Below are positions 39,536-49,395 of a stretch of 64,000 nucleotides of DNA, piece after piece. The position numbers were made by a program, and so were the translations under genes. How positions within the stretch are numbered: position 1 is the first letter of the stretch; each line of letters begins with the position of its first letter. Origin of the DNA: an uncultured Opitutia bacterium (GTDB lineage Bacteria > Verrucomicrobiota > Verrucomicrobiia > Opitutales > CAJWYM01); contig CAJWYM010000003.1 in assembly GCA_913049555.1 (NCBI GenBank), positions 5,797-69,796 on the forward strand, written 5' to 3'. The notes under the pieces were generated by a model. The model had not been told where the DNA came from. It worked only from the letters and a program-made list of their open reading frames with translations, and ran no database searches.

Positions 39536-40264
39536 ATGACTCAACTTTCAGTAAATATTAATAAAATTGCATTGTTAAGAAATTCAAGAGGTCGAGATTA
39601 TCCCGATCCGATCGGTTTTTCAAAGAGATGCTTGGAGCTTGGAGCTCACGGGATTACTCTTCACCCAAGACCCGATCAAAGACACGCTCGATACGATGAT
39701 ATTTTTTCACTTCGAAAAGTTTGTGACCAGTATCAAGTGGAATTAAATGTGGAGGGTTACCCTTCAGACCTTTTAATTCAGAAAGTAATGGATGCAAAGC
39801 CGGATCAATTTACCCTCGTTCCTGATGCGCCCAACCAATTGACTTCAGATCATGGTTGGGACTTTAAAAAAAACCAAGATTTACTGAAGAAAGTCATAGA
39901 TGCGGTTCAGCCATTGGGGATAAGAGTCAGCTTGTTTGCAGACTATAACAATCCAGATTATCAAGTGGCCAAAGAGATTGGAGCGGATCGCTTAGAATTA
40001 TATACGGAACCGTATGCGGAGACTTATGAAAAACAGGATTCTGAAATTGTTCTGGAAGGATTTTTAAATGCGTCTAAAAAAGCTCTAGATTTGGGATTAG
40101 AACTCAATGCCGGGCATGATTTAAATCTTGAGAATCTGCAAGCTTTTATAAAGCACATCCCTTCTATAAAAGAAGTTTCTATTGGTCATGCTTTGATTGT
40201 TGAGTGCCTAGAAATGGGAATTGAAACAGTAATAGGTAAATATCTGGAGGCCTTGAAAGGATGA
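39536..40264 (+). CDS. pdxJ: Pyridoxine 5'-phosphate synthase
   Basis: 242 aa with LSVNINKIALLRNSRG, GITLHPRPDQRH, ELNVEGYP and AGHDLN motifs characteristic of PdxJ. Confidence 0.9.
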   Translation: MTQLSVNINKIALLRNSRGRDYPDPIGFSKRCLELGAHGITLHPRPDQRHARYDDIFSLRKVCDQYQVELNVEGYPSDLLIQKVMDAKPDQFTLVPDAPNQLTSDHGWDFKKNQDLLKKVIDAVQPLGIRVSLFADYNNPDYQVAKEIGADRLELYTEPYAETYEKQDSEIVLEGFLNASKKALDLGLELNAGHDLNLENLQAFIKHIPSIKEVSIGHALIVECLEMGIETVIGKYLEALKG

Positions 40265-40338
40265 TCTAAGAGCTCTTGCATTGAAGTTTCTGTCTAAATT
40301 CTTTGTTCAGGGGTTCCCTTCAAATTTGGGATTAGGGA

Positions 40339-41646
40339 TTAGTATTCCCTATCAACCAGTTTATTATACATTTGCAAGGGCACATTCGTTGTTATCAAAT
40401 CGACCCCTCCCTCGATCAATAAAACAGCGTCCTGTATGGAGTCGACTGTCCAGCAGTAAACGAGGACCCCTTTTTCATGAGAATTCTTTATGAATCCGAG
40501 ATTTTCAAGCAGAGAGTCTTTGTTGGGATTTAAAATCAAGATTCTTTCTTTCACCGCTATTTTTAAAGCTTGGTTAAGACTTTTTCCAGAATCTATGAGC
40601 CAGATGAATTGTAATTTGGGAACCTGCTTTTTCAGATAGAGTAAATTTTCCAAATCAAAGTCCATAATTTGAAGGTTCGAGCGATAATATTCTAATAATT
40701 GAATGAGAGGGCTCTGGAGGTCCAAATGCGCTTTCATCTCAGCCAAAGCAAAGATCTTATTTTTTCTAACAAGTTCTAAAACTTCTTCTAAGCTAGGAGG
40801 GAAAGTTGCTGCTTGAAAGGAGCGTTCTCTGGATACATCGATTTTTCTAATTTCTGAATACAGTAAATCTTTGATATGATTTGAATTGTGACCCGTTCTT
40901 TCAAAATTGCTGTCGTGCGAAATTACTGGGATGTGGTCTTTGCTAAAGTGAAAATCAAATTCAACGCATGGAATCTTGTTTTCCCAAGCGGATTGAAAGG
41001 CAGGAATCGTATTTTCAGGAAATTGAGATGAATTTCCTCGATGCGCCGCAATCGTTATTGGTTTTCTTGTTTTGGTAACTTTAAGATCTCCGCATTGAAG
41101 AGTTTGAATATCGTGGCAACATCGGAGCGATAGATTGGAGAAAAAACATTGCATCACTTTTAAGGGATCCCCATGCGAAACCCAAATGATCTCTCTTTCA
41201 TTAGCAAGCGATGTGTTTTTTTCCCAAGCCCTAGAAATTCTATTAAAGATCGCCAAGAGAGATTCGACCTTTTGTATAGACTTCCCAGGATTGCTTGCAT
41301 CTGCATCCCAAACCATTTGATAATTACTGGATTTTTTAAATTCTAGTTTCCCGAAGTTTCTCTCTCTAATTTCGGGTAGGAATTTCAATTCACAACCGAG
41401 TTTTTCCTGAATGATTGCAGCAGTTTCTTTTGCTCTTAGAAAGTCGGAGCTGAATATGATTGGGTTTTTGATTCGCAACTTTAATTTTAAAGCAGCGGCA
41501 TGGGCTTGCTCTTTCCCTTTAGGAGTCAGTCCATAATTATGGATTCCGTGTTCCGGATGACCGACTATAAGATTTTCTTGATTTGCTTGGCTATGACCGT
41601 GTCGAACTAAATATTGAGTTCTAACATTTTGGGAAAATTCTGTCAT
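40339..41646 (-). CDS. Fusion protein: histidine phosphatase (PGAM-like) domain plus glycerophosphodiester phosphodiesterase (GDPD) domain
   Basis: The ATG at 41646 overlaps the permease stop (ATGA). The N-terminal half has YLVRHGHSQAN and WVSHGDP (histidine phosphatase RHG / H motifs). The C-terminal half has IAAHRGNSSQFPENT, VEFDFHFSKDHIPVISHD and CWTVD (GDPD). Confidence 0.7.
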   Translation of the reverse strand: MTEFSQNVRTQYLVRHGHSQANQENLIVGHPEHGIHNYGLTPKGKEQAHAAALKLKLRIKNPIIFSSDFLRAKETAAIIQEKLGCELKFLPEIRERNFGKLEFKKSSNYQMVWDADASNPGKSIQKVESLLAIFNRISRAWEKNTSLANEREIIWVSHGDPLKVMQCFFSNLSLRCCHDIQTLQCGDLKVTKTRKPITIAAHRGNSSQFPENTIPAFQSAWENKIPCVEFDFHFSKDHIPVISHDSNFERTGHNSNHIKDLLYSEIRKIDVSRERSFQAATFPPSLEEVLELVRKNKIFALAEMKAHLDLQSPLIQLLEYYRSNLQIMDFDLENLLYLKKQVPKLQFIWLIDSGKSLNQALKIAVKERILILNPNKDSLLENLGFIKNSHEKGVLVYCWTVDSIQDAVLLIEGGVDLITTNVPLQMYNKLVDREY

Positions 41647-42614
41647 TTTGCAGAGGATCGAATCCGAGGATCTGTCCACGCTAAAAGAATATCCGCTAAC
41701 AAATTACCAAATACCAGCATCGTACAACTCATCAATATAGAGGCCATGACTACATATTGGTCCTCTTTCATAAAAGAGTCAAAAATGAGCAAACCCAGTC
41801 CTGGAAAATTAAGAACTTTTTCCACGAGTAGACTCCCTGAGAGCAAGCTTGAAAAAGCAAAACCAAAGGATGTAATCAGGGGATTGATTGCATTTCTCAA
41901 AACATGTTTGAACATGATTGTTCCCTCTGGTAATCCCTTGGCACGGGCTGTCCTAACAAAGTCTTCTCGCATGTAATCCATAAAGTTAGCCCGCATGACT
42001 CGCATCATTCCCGAAATCCCAACAGTTCCAAGGACTAGAGTCGGTAAAATCAGATGATGCAGGTAATCCAGTATTTTTTCGATTGGACTTAAAAACTCAT
42101 GGTTGACGGAAGTAAGACCACCGATGGGTAACACCCCAGTTCTAGCGATGAGATAAAGCAACAACACAGCCAATAGAAACTCTGGGATCGACATAGTAAT
42201 AGATGCCAGAAAGCGGGAAGTTTTATCGAACCAAGAATCTTGTTTGATGGCAGCTAAAATTCCTAAAGGGATCGCAATAGACCAAACAAAGAGCATGGAG
42301 GTGCAGGAAAGCAGAAAGGTTGCTGGAAGTCGTTGGGCAATCAGATCCATCACTGGAATGTTGTAGGACATGGAATGTCCAAAATCGAGAGTGATCGCAT
42401 TTTTAACCCAGATTAGGTATTGAATGTACCAAGGTTTGTCTAAACCGTAGTTTTGTCGCATTTCTTCAATAAAACTCTCCGGTATATCCGGGCGAATACT
42501 GGCTTCGGCCAAAAAATCACCAGGGGACAACCAAAGCAAAAAGAAAACAAGGATCGATACAAAGAAGAGTAAAAATCCCAGAGAAATAAATCGTCTAATA
42601 AGAAAGGAAATCAT
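41643..42614 (-). CDS. ABC transporter permease (DppB/OppB-like)
   Basis: 323 aa, 6 TM, N-terminal FLIRRFISLGFLLFFVSILVF, and an EAA-like motif FVRTARAKGLPEGTIMFKHVLRNA. Confidence 0.8.
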   Translation of the reverse strand: MISFLIRRFISLGFLLFFVSILVFFLLWLSPGDFLAEASIRPDIPESFIEEMRQNYGLDKPWYIQYLIWVKNAITLDFGHSMSYNIPVMDLIAQRLPATFLLSCTSMLFVWSIAIPLGILAAIKQDSWFDKTSRFLASITMSIPEFLLAVLLLYLIARTGVLPIGGLTSVNHEFLSPIEKILDYLHHLILPTLVLGTVGISGMMRVMRANFMDYMREDFVRTARAKGLPEGTIMFKHVLRNAINPLITSFGFAFSSLLSGSLLVEKVLNFPGLGLLIFDSFMKEDQYVVMASILMSCTMLVFGNLLADILLAWTDPRIRSSAK

Positions 42615-44434
42615 AGTTTTTTATCCTTAGAAGGAATCCACAATTCATCTATGTTCCAAATAATGGAAGCTTCGGGAGTGACTTTTACATTTTGCCATTC
42701 ATTTTTTATTCCAGAGTACGTCAAGGGATTCACGAGAAAGAGTAGGGGCAATTCCTCACTGTAAATGTTCTGAATTGTGTTAAAAATGCCTAAACGTTTC
42801 TCCGGATCGAGTTCTTTTTCCTGCTGGTTCCAAAGAGTATCGACTCGTTTTTCCCATTCTGTATGGGGTTGCTTTTGTTTTGGGTGCCAAATATGCAGAT
42901 GGCCATCGCTCCTCCACAAAGCTTTTCCTCCTGATGGATCGCCTCCACCGGAAAAACCCATAGTAGCAGAATCATAGTCGTAGGTCGTTTGAATTTTTTG
43001 GATCAGTGTGGACCAATCAAGAAATCGAACTTGGAGATCAATCCCCACTTTTCTCATAAATTCTTTAAACATGGTGGCTCTTGCCTCGTGAGAACTGGAG
43101 CCTCCTGGAACTAGAAATCGGAATTGAACTCGATTCCCCTTTTCATCAAAAAGCAGGCCCTCATTGTCATAGTAGAATCCCATATCCAAGAACAATTCTC
43201 TAGATCGATTGGGGTTGTAATCGTATTTGAAGGTGTCTGGATTGTGCCATTTTTTGTTGGCTGGACTGGTGATTGAGTGCAGAACTTTGGCTTTTCCAAA
43301 ATAGACAGAGTCTATGAGAGCTTGGCGGTTGTAAGCGTGCAAAATGGCTTGTCGAAATCGTTTGTCAGAAAACCATCCTAATTTAACAGGGTCGACATAA
43401 GGTTTCCCCTCTTTATTTTTTCCTGGATGCAAGTTGAACCAAATAAATGAAATTCCAGAATCTGGACCTTTTTCTAAAACGGAGAAATCATGCACTTTTC
43501 CCATCGGTTTTACCCAGTTTAAATCTTCTGGAGAAATCCCAGTGGAGTCTGATTCGCCCGTAGCAAAGAGAATTGTTTGTGCGTTGCTATCTTCAACAAA
43601 TTTGTACACAAGATGATCTATATAGGGGAGTCGATTGTTTTCTTTGTCCTTTTTCCAGTAATAAGGATTTGCTTCCAGTAAAATTCTCTCCCCTGGGGAG
43701 TATGAGAGAATCTTGAAGGGACCGGTTCCTATGATTTCCTCAGGAGATTCAATCGCAGTTTTTGAAGTCCATTGACTGAGCAGCGAATTCTCTTCGTAAT
43801 ACTTTAAAAGTTTGTGCTTAGGCAAGATGTCCGCGTAGCTGATGTCGTTGATAAAGGGGGCATAAAGATCTGCTGTTTTGAATTCAACGGTGTGTTCGTC
43901 AATTTTTTTGTATTTGAGTAATTCGCCCCCAATGGTGTATTGGACAAAGTTTCTACTTGGGAATCGAGGTTTGATCTCCCCTGTTTCTGGATCTTTAACG
44001 GTGGACAACATGCAGTCAAAGGTAAAAATAACATCCTCTGCCGTGAAGGGATGACCGTCACTCCATTGAATTCCTTTTCTTAAGTGAATTTTGTAAGTTT
44101 TTTTATCCTCTGAGACTTCCCAAGAGGTTGCGAGGCTAGGAATATACTTGAGCTTTATGGGGTCATAAGTAAATAAGGAGTTTAAAATTCTTCCGAGTAA
44201 AATAGAGGTTGTGTAGTCACCTGGAACCAGAGGATTGAAGGTTTTAGGCTCTGTGGATGCAATTAATATCAATTGCCCGCCATGCTTTCCCACCTCACAT
44301 TCAGCAGTTTCCATGTCTCCTTTTATCGGGAGGTGAACTCTTTCGGGTATTGGGATTCTTTTGCAAGATAGGAGCAAAAAGCTACCTAAGAAAATTAAGA
44401 GATGGGTTCGAGTCATAGATCTCAATACTCTCAT
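42611..44434 (-). CDS. ABC transporter substrate-binding protein, family 5 (peptide/nickel/oligosaccharide type)
   Basis: 607 aa with an N-terminal signal/lipobox-like LLSC and typical SBP_bac_5 segments (LATSWEVSEDKKTYKIHLRKGIQWSDGHPFTAEDVIFTF). Confidence 0.8.
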   Translation of the reverse strand: MRVLRSMTRTHLLIFLGSFLLLSCKRIPIPERVHLPIKGDMETAECEVGKHGGQLILIASTEPKTFNPLVPGDYTTSILLGRILNSLFTYDPIKLKYIPSLATSWEVSEDKKTYKIHLRKGIQWSDGHPFTAEDVIFTFDCMLSTVKDPETGEIKPRFPSRNFVQYTIGGELLKYKKIDEHTVEFKTADLYAPFINDISYADILPKHKLLKYYEENSLLSQWTSKTAIESPEEIIGTGPFKILSYSPGERILLEANPYYWKKDKENNRLPYIDHLVYKFVEDSNAQTILFATGESDSTGISPEDLNWVKPMGKVHDFSVLEKGPDSGISFIWFNLHPGKNKEGKPYVDPVKLGWFSDKRFRQAILHAYNRQALIDSVYFGKAKVLHSITSPANKKWHNPDTFKYDYNPNRSRELFLDMGFYYDNEGLLFDEKGNRVQFRFLVPGGSSSHEARATMFKEFMRKVGIDLQVRFLDWSTLIQKIQTTYDYDSATMGFSGGGDPSGGKALWRSDGHLHIWHPKQKQPHTEWEKRVDTLWNQQEKELDPEKRLGIFNTIQNIYSEELPLLFLVNPLTYSGIKNEWQNVKVTPEASIIWNIDELWIPSKDKKL

Positions 44435-47361
44435 TTTTTTAGGGCATCATGCAACAGTTCAATGGGATGTTTTGCCTGAACTCGAGTTCCTTCTTGAATT
44501 TGATGCCTGCAACTGATTCCAGAGGAAGCAATCATATTTTGTGCGCGATATTTTCTAACTTCAGGGAATAGAACCAGTTCCCCTATTTTTATAGACATAT
44601 CGTAGTGTTCTTTTTCAAATCCAAAGGAGCCTGCCATTCCGCAGCAACCCGCATGAATTTCCTCGGCCGAATAATTTTCTGGGATCGAAAGGGTGACCAA
44701 AGAATCTTTAATATTGGAGAGTGCTTTCTGCTGACAGTGACCGTGCCATTTAATACTTCTTTTTCGATCCGTGAATTGGCTAGATTTTATTTTACCAGAA
44801 GCAATTTCTCTAGCCATCCACTCATCAAAAAAGAGGGTATTCGCCGAGGTTTCTTCAGCCAGTCGTTGCATTTTTTTACCAACTAATTTCGGATATTCAT
44901 CTCGAAACATCAAAATAGCAGAGGGTTCAATCCCGATCAGCGGTATTTTTTCACTCACTGCATCCCTGTAGAGTCGCAGGTTTTTTCGAGCGTAGTATCT
45001 AGTTTTGCGGACCATCCCCTTAGAAAGAAGAGCTCTCCCGCTTTCTGAATTGTTTTTGATTAAAATATTGTATCCTAAATGGGTAATCAAATCAATGGCT
45101 TGGATCCCAATTTTAGCAGCTTGATAGTTCGTAAATTCATCCACAAAAAGATAAATAGAGCCTTTTACATCGCCCTTGGCCCAAATCGCCTCCGGGTTTT
45201 CAGCGATCCAATGCCTCAGGGTTTGCGGACTGAGTCTAGGCAGGTCTCTTTGTCTTGCGAAGCCCAAAACTTCTTTAATAATTCTGCCACTAAGACGGTT
45301 TTTATATAGAAAATTAGAAAAAGTGGGGTTTCTTGATAAAATCTTATTCATAAGTGCATAGTTCCCAACCAACCAAGATCGAATAGGCAATCCGTGCTTG
45401 TCATTGTAACGTTGCAAATATTCAGCTTTAAGCATGGCCATATCTACATTGGAGGGACACTCGGTCTTGCATGCTTTGCAAGACAGACAAAGGTCTAAAA
45501 CTTCTTTCACCTCCTTGTGAGCAAAACGGTTTTTAGGGATACTGTTCGTTAAGTATTCTCTGAGAATATTTGCTCTACCCCGAGTGCTGTCTTTTTCCTC
45601 ACCGGATGCCATAAAACTGGGACACATCGTTCCACCTGCCTTGTAGCTCTTCCTGCAATCCCCAGAACCGTTGCACTTCTCAGCCATCTTGAGCATTCCA
45701 CCAGCTTCTGAAAAATCAAAATAAGTATTGAAGTTTTCAGGCTTTTGTCCTTCTTTATATCGGAGATTCGAGTCTACTGTTTTGGGACGAAGAATCTTGC
45801 CTGGATTGAACAAATTTTTGGGATCTGCAACTCCTTTAAATTCTTTCAGTAGTTGATAAATCTCACTTCCCAAAACAAGCTCGATGTAGGGTGCCCGAAC
45901 TCTTCCATCCCCGTGTTCTCCACTCAGTGAACCCCGAAATTCTTTGATGAGTTTGGCAACTTCTTTGGTAAGAATCTGAAGGATTTTTCGATCTGTACCC
46001 AACTTTAGGTTGAGTATGGGTCGTAAATGAAGCTCTCCATCCCCAATATGACCATAATAAATACAATCCAGTCGATATTGATCTAAAATTTTCTGAAATG
46101 CACGAATGTATTCAGGCTGGTCTTGAACATCGACTGCTGTGTCTTCAATACAGGCAATGGGTTTTGGATCTCCTGGCATATTCGAAAGAGAACCGAGTCC
46201 CGCTTTTCTAAGATTCCAAACTTTGTTGATTTCTTCATCAAATAGGGTGGGGAAATGAGAACCATATTTTTTCTTTTTAAAAGCATCAGTAAGCGCTCTT
46301 ATTTTTTTAGTAATGGTTTCCTTGTTGTTCGCTTGAAATTCAACAATTAGCAATGCTTCTGGAATTCCTTTAATAAATGCGGCGTTGACTCTTTGGTCTC
46401 GATTTAGGAAAGCGCACTCAAGCATTTTTTTGTCCATGAGTTCAATCGCCGAAGGCTCAAATTCGAGCGCTAATAAATTGGCTTTCATGGTTGCTTGAAT
46501 GCTATCCATATGAACCGCAACGATTCCAGAAACTGGGGGAGGAGGATTGGACAAAGAGATTTTAATTTCTGTGATAATACCGAGTGTTCCCTCAGAGCCT
46601 GCGATCAACTTAGAAAAATTAAAAGGCTCTTTCCCTCCAAAGGGCTCTGTTTGAAGAAGTAGGTCCAGAGCATAACCTGTATTGCGTCTATGGATTGAGG
46701 CTTTGGGATAATTTTCAAGGATGCATTGTTGATGGCTGGAATCCCTTAGGATTTGATCGACTTTTTTGTACAAAGCTCCTTCCAAGGTATCCAAGGAAAG
46801 TTTTTGATTGTACTCCTCCAAGTTGAGAGCTTTTGCTTTCATCAGACTCCCGTCGGACAATATCAAATCCACCTCCAATAAATGATCTCTAGTGGATCCG
46901 TATAAAAGAGAGTGAGAGCCACAAGAATTGTTTCCAACCATTCCACCGAGCATGCATCGATTGGAGGTGGAAGTTTCAGGGGCAAAAAAGAGGTTGAACT
47001 CTGAAAGGTAGCGATTCAACTCATCCCGAACAATTCCAGGTTGAATTCGAGCCCACTTCTCGTTCTTGTTGAGTTCTAAAACTCGTGACCAATTCATTGA
47101 AAAATCAAGAATAATTCCATTTCCAACTACTTGGCCTCCCAGAGAGGTTCCCCCAGCTCTGGCAACTATTGGGATATCCGTAAGGTTTGAAAAGAGTACG
47201 GTCTCTTGAACGTCTTGGATTGTCTTGGGGCGGACAACGACTCTAGGCTTTTCCCTGTAAATGGAAGCATCGGTTGCATAAAGGATTCTGTGAGCCTCAT
47301 CGTGGAACAGTTCACCCTTAAGTTTGTTTTTCAGAGGAACAAATGTATCCGCCAACTTCAT
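44431..47361 (-). CDS. FAD-linked oxidase (GlcD-like) fused to a 4Fe-4S / CCG-domain (GlcF/GlpC-like) module
   Basis: ~976 aa from the ATG at 47361. N-terminal FAD_binding_4 (ARAGGTSLGGQ), GEHGDG, ferredoxin-type Cys clusters (CNGSGDCRKS..CP; CLSCKACKTECP), and C-terminal CCG motifs (HGHCQQK; AGCCGMAGSFG). Confidence 0.8.
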   Translation of the reverse strand: MKLADTFVPLKNKLKGELFHDEAHRILYATDASIYREKPRVVVRPKTIQDVQETVLFSNLTDIPIVARAGGTSLGGQVVGNGIILDFSMNWSRVLELNKNEKWARIQPGIVRDELNRYLSEFNLFFAPETSTSNRCMLGGMVGNNSCGSHSLLYGSTRDHLLEVDLILSDGSLMKAKALNLEEYNQKLSLDTLEGALYKKVDQILRDSSHQQCILENYPKASIHRRNTGYALDLLLQTEPFGGKEPFNFSKLIAGSEGTLGIITEIKISLSNPPPPVSGIVAVHMDSIQATMKANLLALEFEPSAIELMDKKMLECAFLNRDQRVNAAFIKGIPEALLIVEFQANNKETITKKIRALTDAFKKKKYGSHFPTLFDEEINKVWNLRKAGLGSLSNMPGDPKPIACIEDTAVDVQDQPEYIRAFQKILDQYRLDCIYYGHIGDGELHLRPILNLKLGTDRKILQILTKEVAKLIKEFRGSLSGEHGDGRVRAPYIELVLGSEIYQLLKEFKGVADPKNLFNPGKILRPKTVDSNLRYKEGQKPENFNTYFDFSEAGGMLKMAEKCNGSGDCRKSYKAGGTMCPSFMASGEEKDSTRGRANILREYLTNSIPKNRFAHKEVKEVLDLCLSCKACKTECPSNVDMAMLKAEYLQRYNDKHGLPIRSWLVGNYALMNKILSRNPTFSNFLYKNRLSGRIIKEVLGFARQRDLPRLSPQTLRHWIAENPEAIWAKGDVKGSIYLFVDEFTNYQAAKIGIQAIDLITHLGYNILIKNNSESGRALLSKGMVRKTRYYARKNLRLYRDAVSEKIPLIGIEPSAILMFRDEYPKLVGKKMQRLAEETSANTLFFDEWMAREIASGKIKSSQFTDRKRSIKWHGHCQQKALSNIKDSLVTLSIPENYSAEEIHAGCCGMAGSFGFEKEHYDMSIKIGELVLFPEVRKYRAQNMIASSGISCRHQIQEGTRVQAKHPIELLHDALKK

Positions 47362-47362
47362 C

Positions 47363-49021
47363 TTATTTTCTAGACTTGAAGCGAGCCCAAATGATGTCAA
47401 TCATCAGGAACAAGCCAAGCAAACCGGATATAATATAACCAATGATCCCCAAAGCAGGGTGCCCAAAAAGGTGAGGTTTCATGCCGGTAGTGACAATGAT
47501 TGAGGATCCTACAAGAAATCCAGCACAAACTACTGCTAATGAGAGGTGATCGGCAGAAAGGCGAAGCGTTTCTTTGGCATCATCAATCCCCTTATGGTAA
47601 AGGTTGATATTCAAGTCTTCTTCCTCAAGTTTTCGAACGATTCGCTGAATATCAAGCGGAAGACTCTTCAAGCTGTTAGCCAGCAAGGAGATTTGATTGA
47701 TAAAAGAAGAGGTAAGACGAACAGGATTGATCTTTTGCAGAACGATCTTTTTGACAAATGGTACCGCGATTTTATCGATCTTAAAATTGGGTGCCAATTC
47801 TTTCCCAGATTTTTCAATCGAATAAAGGGCCTTGGCCAGAATGGCATAATCTCTGGAGAGGGGGAGCCCCTCGTTGGATAAAGCAAAAAGAATTTCTATG
47901 CCTGCTTCGCCTAAATTGCTAAATTGTCCTTCCAGGACTCCGTTGTTGAGTAAAACCAAGTTGATTGCTTTTTCCAGTTTGTCCAAATCGTAGCGATGGT
48001 CATTTTTAGACATTTTCAAAGCAACTTGGATGATCTTTTCAGCATCTTGATCCAAAATAGCTGATAATAGGTCCGCCAAATTAAATCGCATTTTACTGGT
48101 TATTTGACCGACCATTCCCCAATCCAGAAAACAAAGACGATTGTCCTCACTGATTAGTAGATTTCCTGTATGGGGATCCGCATGGAAAAAGCCAGATTCA
48201 ATGATTTGATGCAATACGGAACGACAACCATATTCTGCTACTCTAAGAGAGTCCTCTTCGCCCAACTTTTTTTCTGCAATGTTTTTACCCTCAACCCATT
48301 CTGCAATCAGAACTCTCTTAGTGCTTAAAGACTGTAAAACATTGGGTGCAAACACTTGATCCGGGTAGGGATTGCTTAGATTGAAAAGAGTTGCATTTTT
48401 TGCTTCTAATTCAAAATTAAGCTCTCGTAGAATGGAATGTCTAGTTTCTATGAGAATGCCTGGCAAATCATAGGGGCGGATGTTTTCGATCCTGTTGTGC
48501 ATTTGCTTGGCCAACCAACCGAGAATCTCCATATCGGCCTCGACAGATTTTCGAAGTCTCGGCCGCTGGATTTTAACAGATACAGTTTGATTGTTTTCGA
48601 CCAAGGAAGCCTTGTAGACTTGTCCTAAAGATCCACAAGCAATGGGTTGGGTGTTGAAGGATGAAAAGAGCGTTTGATAAGGCTTTTTAATCTCCTGATT
48701 CAAGATCGCCTCCATATCCTCAAAAGGAGACGCAGAAACTTGGGAATTCAATTTTCTGAGTTCTTCAATAAGCTCGGGAGGGAGCACATCGGTTCGAGTG
48801 CTCAGAATTTGACCGATCTTGATAAAAGTGGCACCTAATTCCTCAATGGAATAACGAATTCGCACCCAAGGGCTTTTGGGAGTGTATTCAGGCACCCATT
48901 TAGACAACCAATTGGGGGGCGTTGGAAGCCGCCTTAAAATATCCCCAAAGCCATACCTTGCAAGAACTCCAATAATTTCTTTGGAGCGAACAGCATTGTT
49001 GTATAGATCGATCGGTGTCAT
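47363..49021 (-). CDS. ABC1/UbiB-family atypical kinase
   Basis: 552 aa with FIKIGQILSTRTDVLPPE, IACGSLGQVYKA, HADPHTGNL, DWGMVG and C-terminal TM helices. Confidence 0.8.
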   Translation of the reverse strand: MTPIDLYNNAVRSKEIIGVLARYGFGDILRRLPTPPNWLSKWVPEYTPKSPWVRIRYSIEELGATFIKIGQILSTRTDVLPPELIEELRKLNSQVSASPFEDMEAILNQEIKKPYQTLFSSFNTQPIACGSLGQVYKASLVENNQTVSVKIQRPRLRKSVEADMEILGWLAKQMHNRIENIRPYDLPGILIETRHSILRELNFELEAKNATLFNLSNPYPDQVFAPNVLQSLSTKRVLIAEWVEGKNIAEKKLGEEDSLRVAEYGCRSVLHQIIESGFFHADPHTGNLLISEDNRLCFLDWGMVGQITSKMRFNLADLLSAILDQDAEKIIQVALKMSKNDHRYDLDKLEKAINLVLLNNGVLEGQFSNLGEAGIEILFALSNEGLPLSRDYAILAKALYSIEKSGKELAPNFKIDKIAVPFVKKIVLQKINPVRLTSSFINQISLLANSLKSLPLDIQRIVRKLEEEDLNINLYHKGIDDAKETLRLSADHLSLAVVCAGFLVGSSIIVTTGMKPHLFGHPALGIIGYIISGLLGLFLMIDIIWARFKSRK

Positions 49022-49061
49022 TGAAAAAACATGGAGCGGGATTGGAGATTCAAAAGAATGA

Positions 49062-49376
49062 TTATTCTACAATTTCAACCTCTTGAGCGTTCTTTTTTTC
49101 TAGTTTATCAATGCGGGCTTCGAGCTCTTGAAATTCTTTTCTAGTGGCCCATTTATTTTGGGAGAACCAAGTGTCAAAAGCCCCTGACATCTGTTCCTTA
49201 GCTTGTGTAAATTCCTCGCGACTTTCTCTGACAATTTTGTCCGCCATCTCTGCTGCTTCTCCAGCATTGATTTTGCCAGTCTTGACGAGGTCATTCAAGG
49301 TGGCCTCCACTTTTTCTTTCGTAATTACCGTTGCTCCTAATCCTGCGTAGATTGTTTTTTTCAATGCTTCAATCAT
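49062..49376 (-). CDS. Phasin-like / PHA-granule-associated-like small helical protein
   Basis: The ATG at 49376 (MIEALKKTIYAGLGATVITKEKVEATLNDLVKTGKI...) removes the overlap with the upstream gene. The pattern resembles the COG3937-type phasin-like family, which is a weak assignment. Confidence 0.45.
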   Translation of the reverse strand: MIEALKKTIYAGLGATVITKEKVEATLNDLVKTGKINAGEAAEMADKIVRESREEFTQAKEQMSGAFDTWFSQNKWATRKEFQELEARIDKLEKKNAQEVEIVE

Positions 49377-49395
49377 GGTTTTCCCTGTATTTTGA

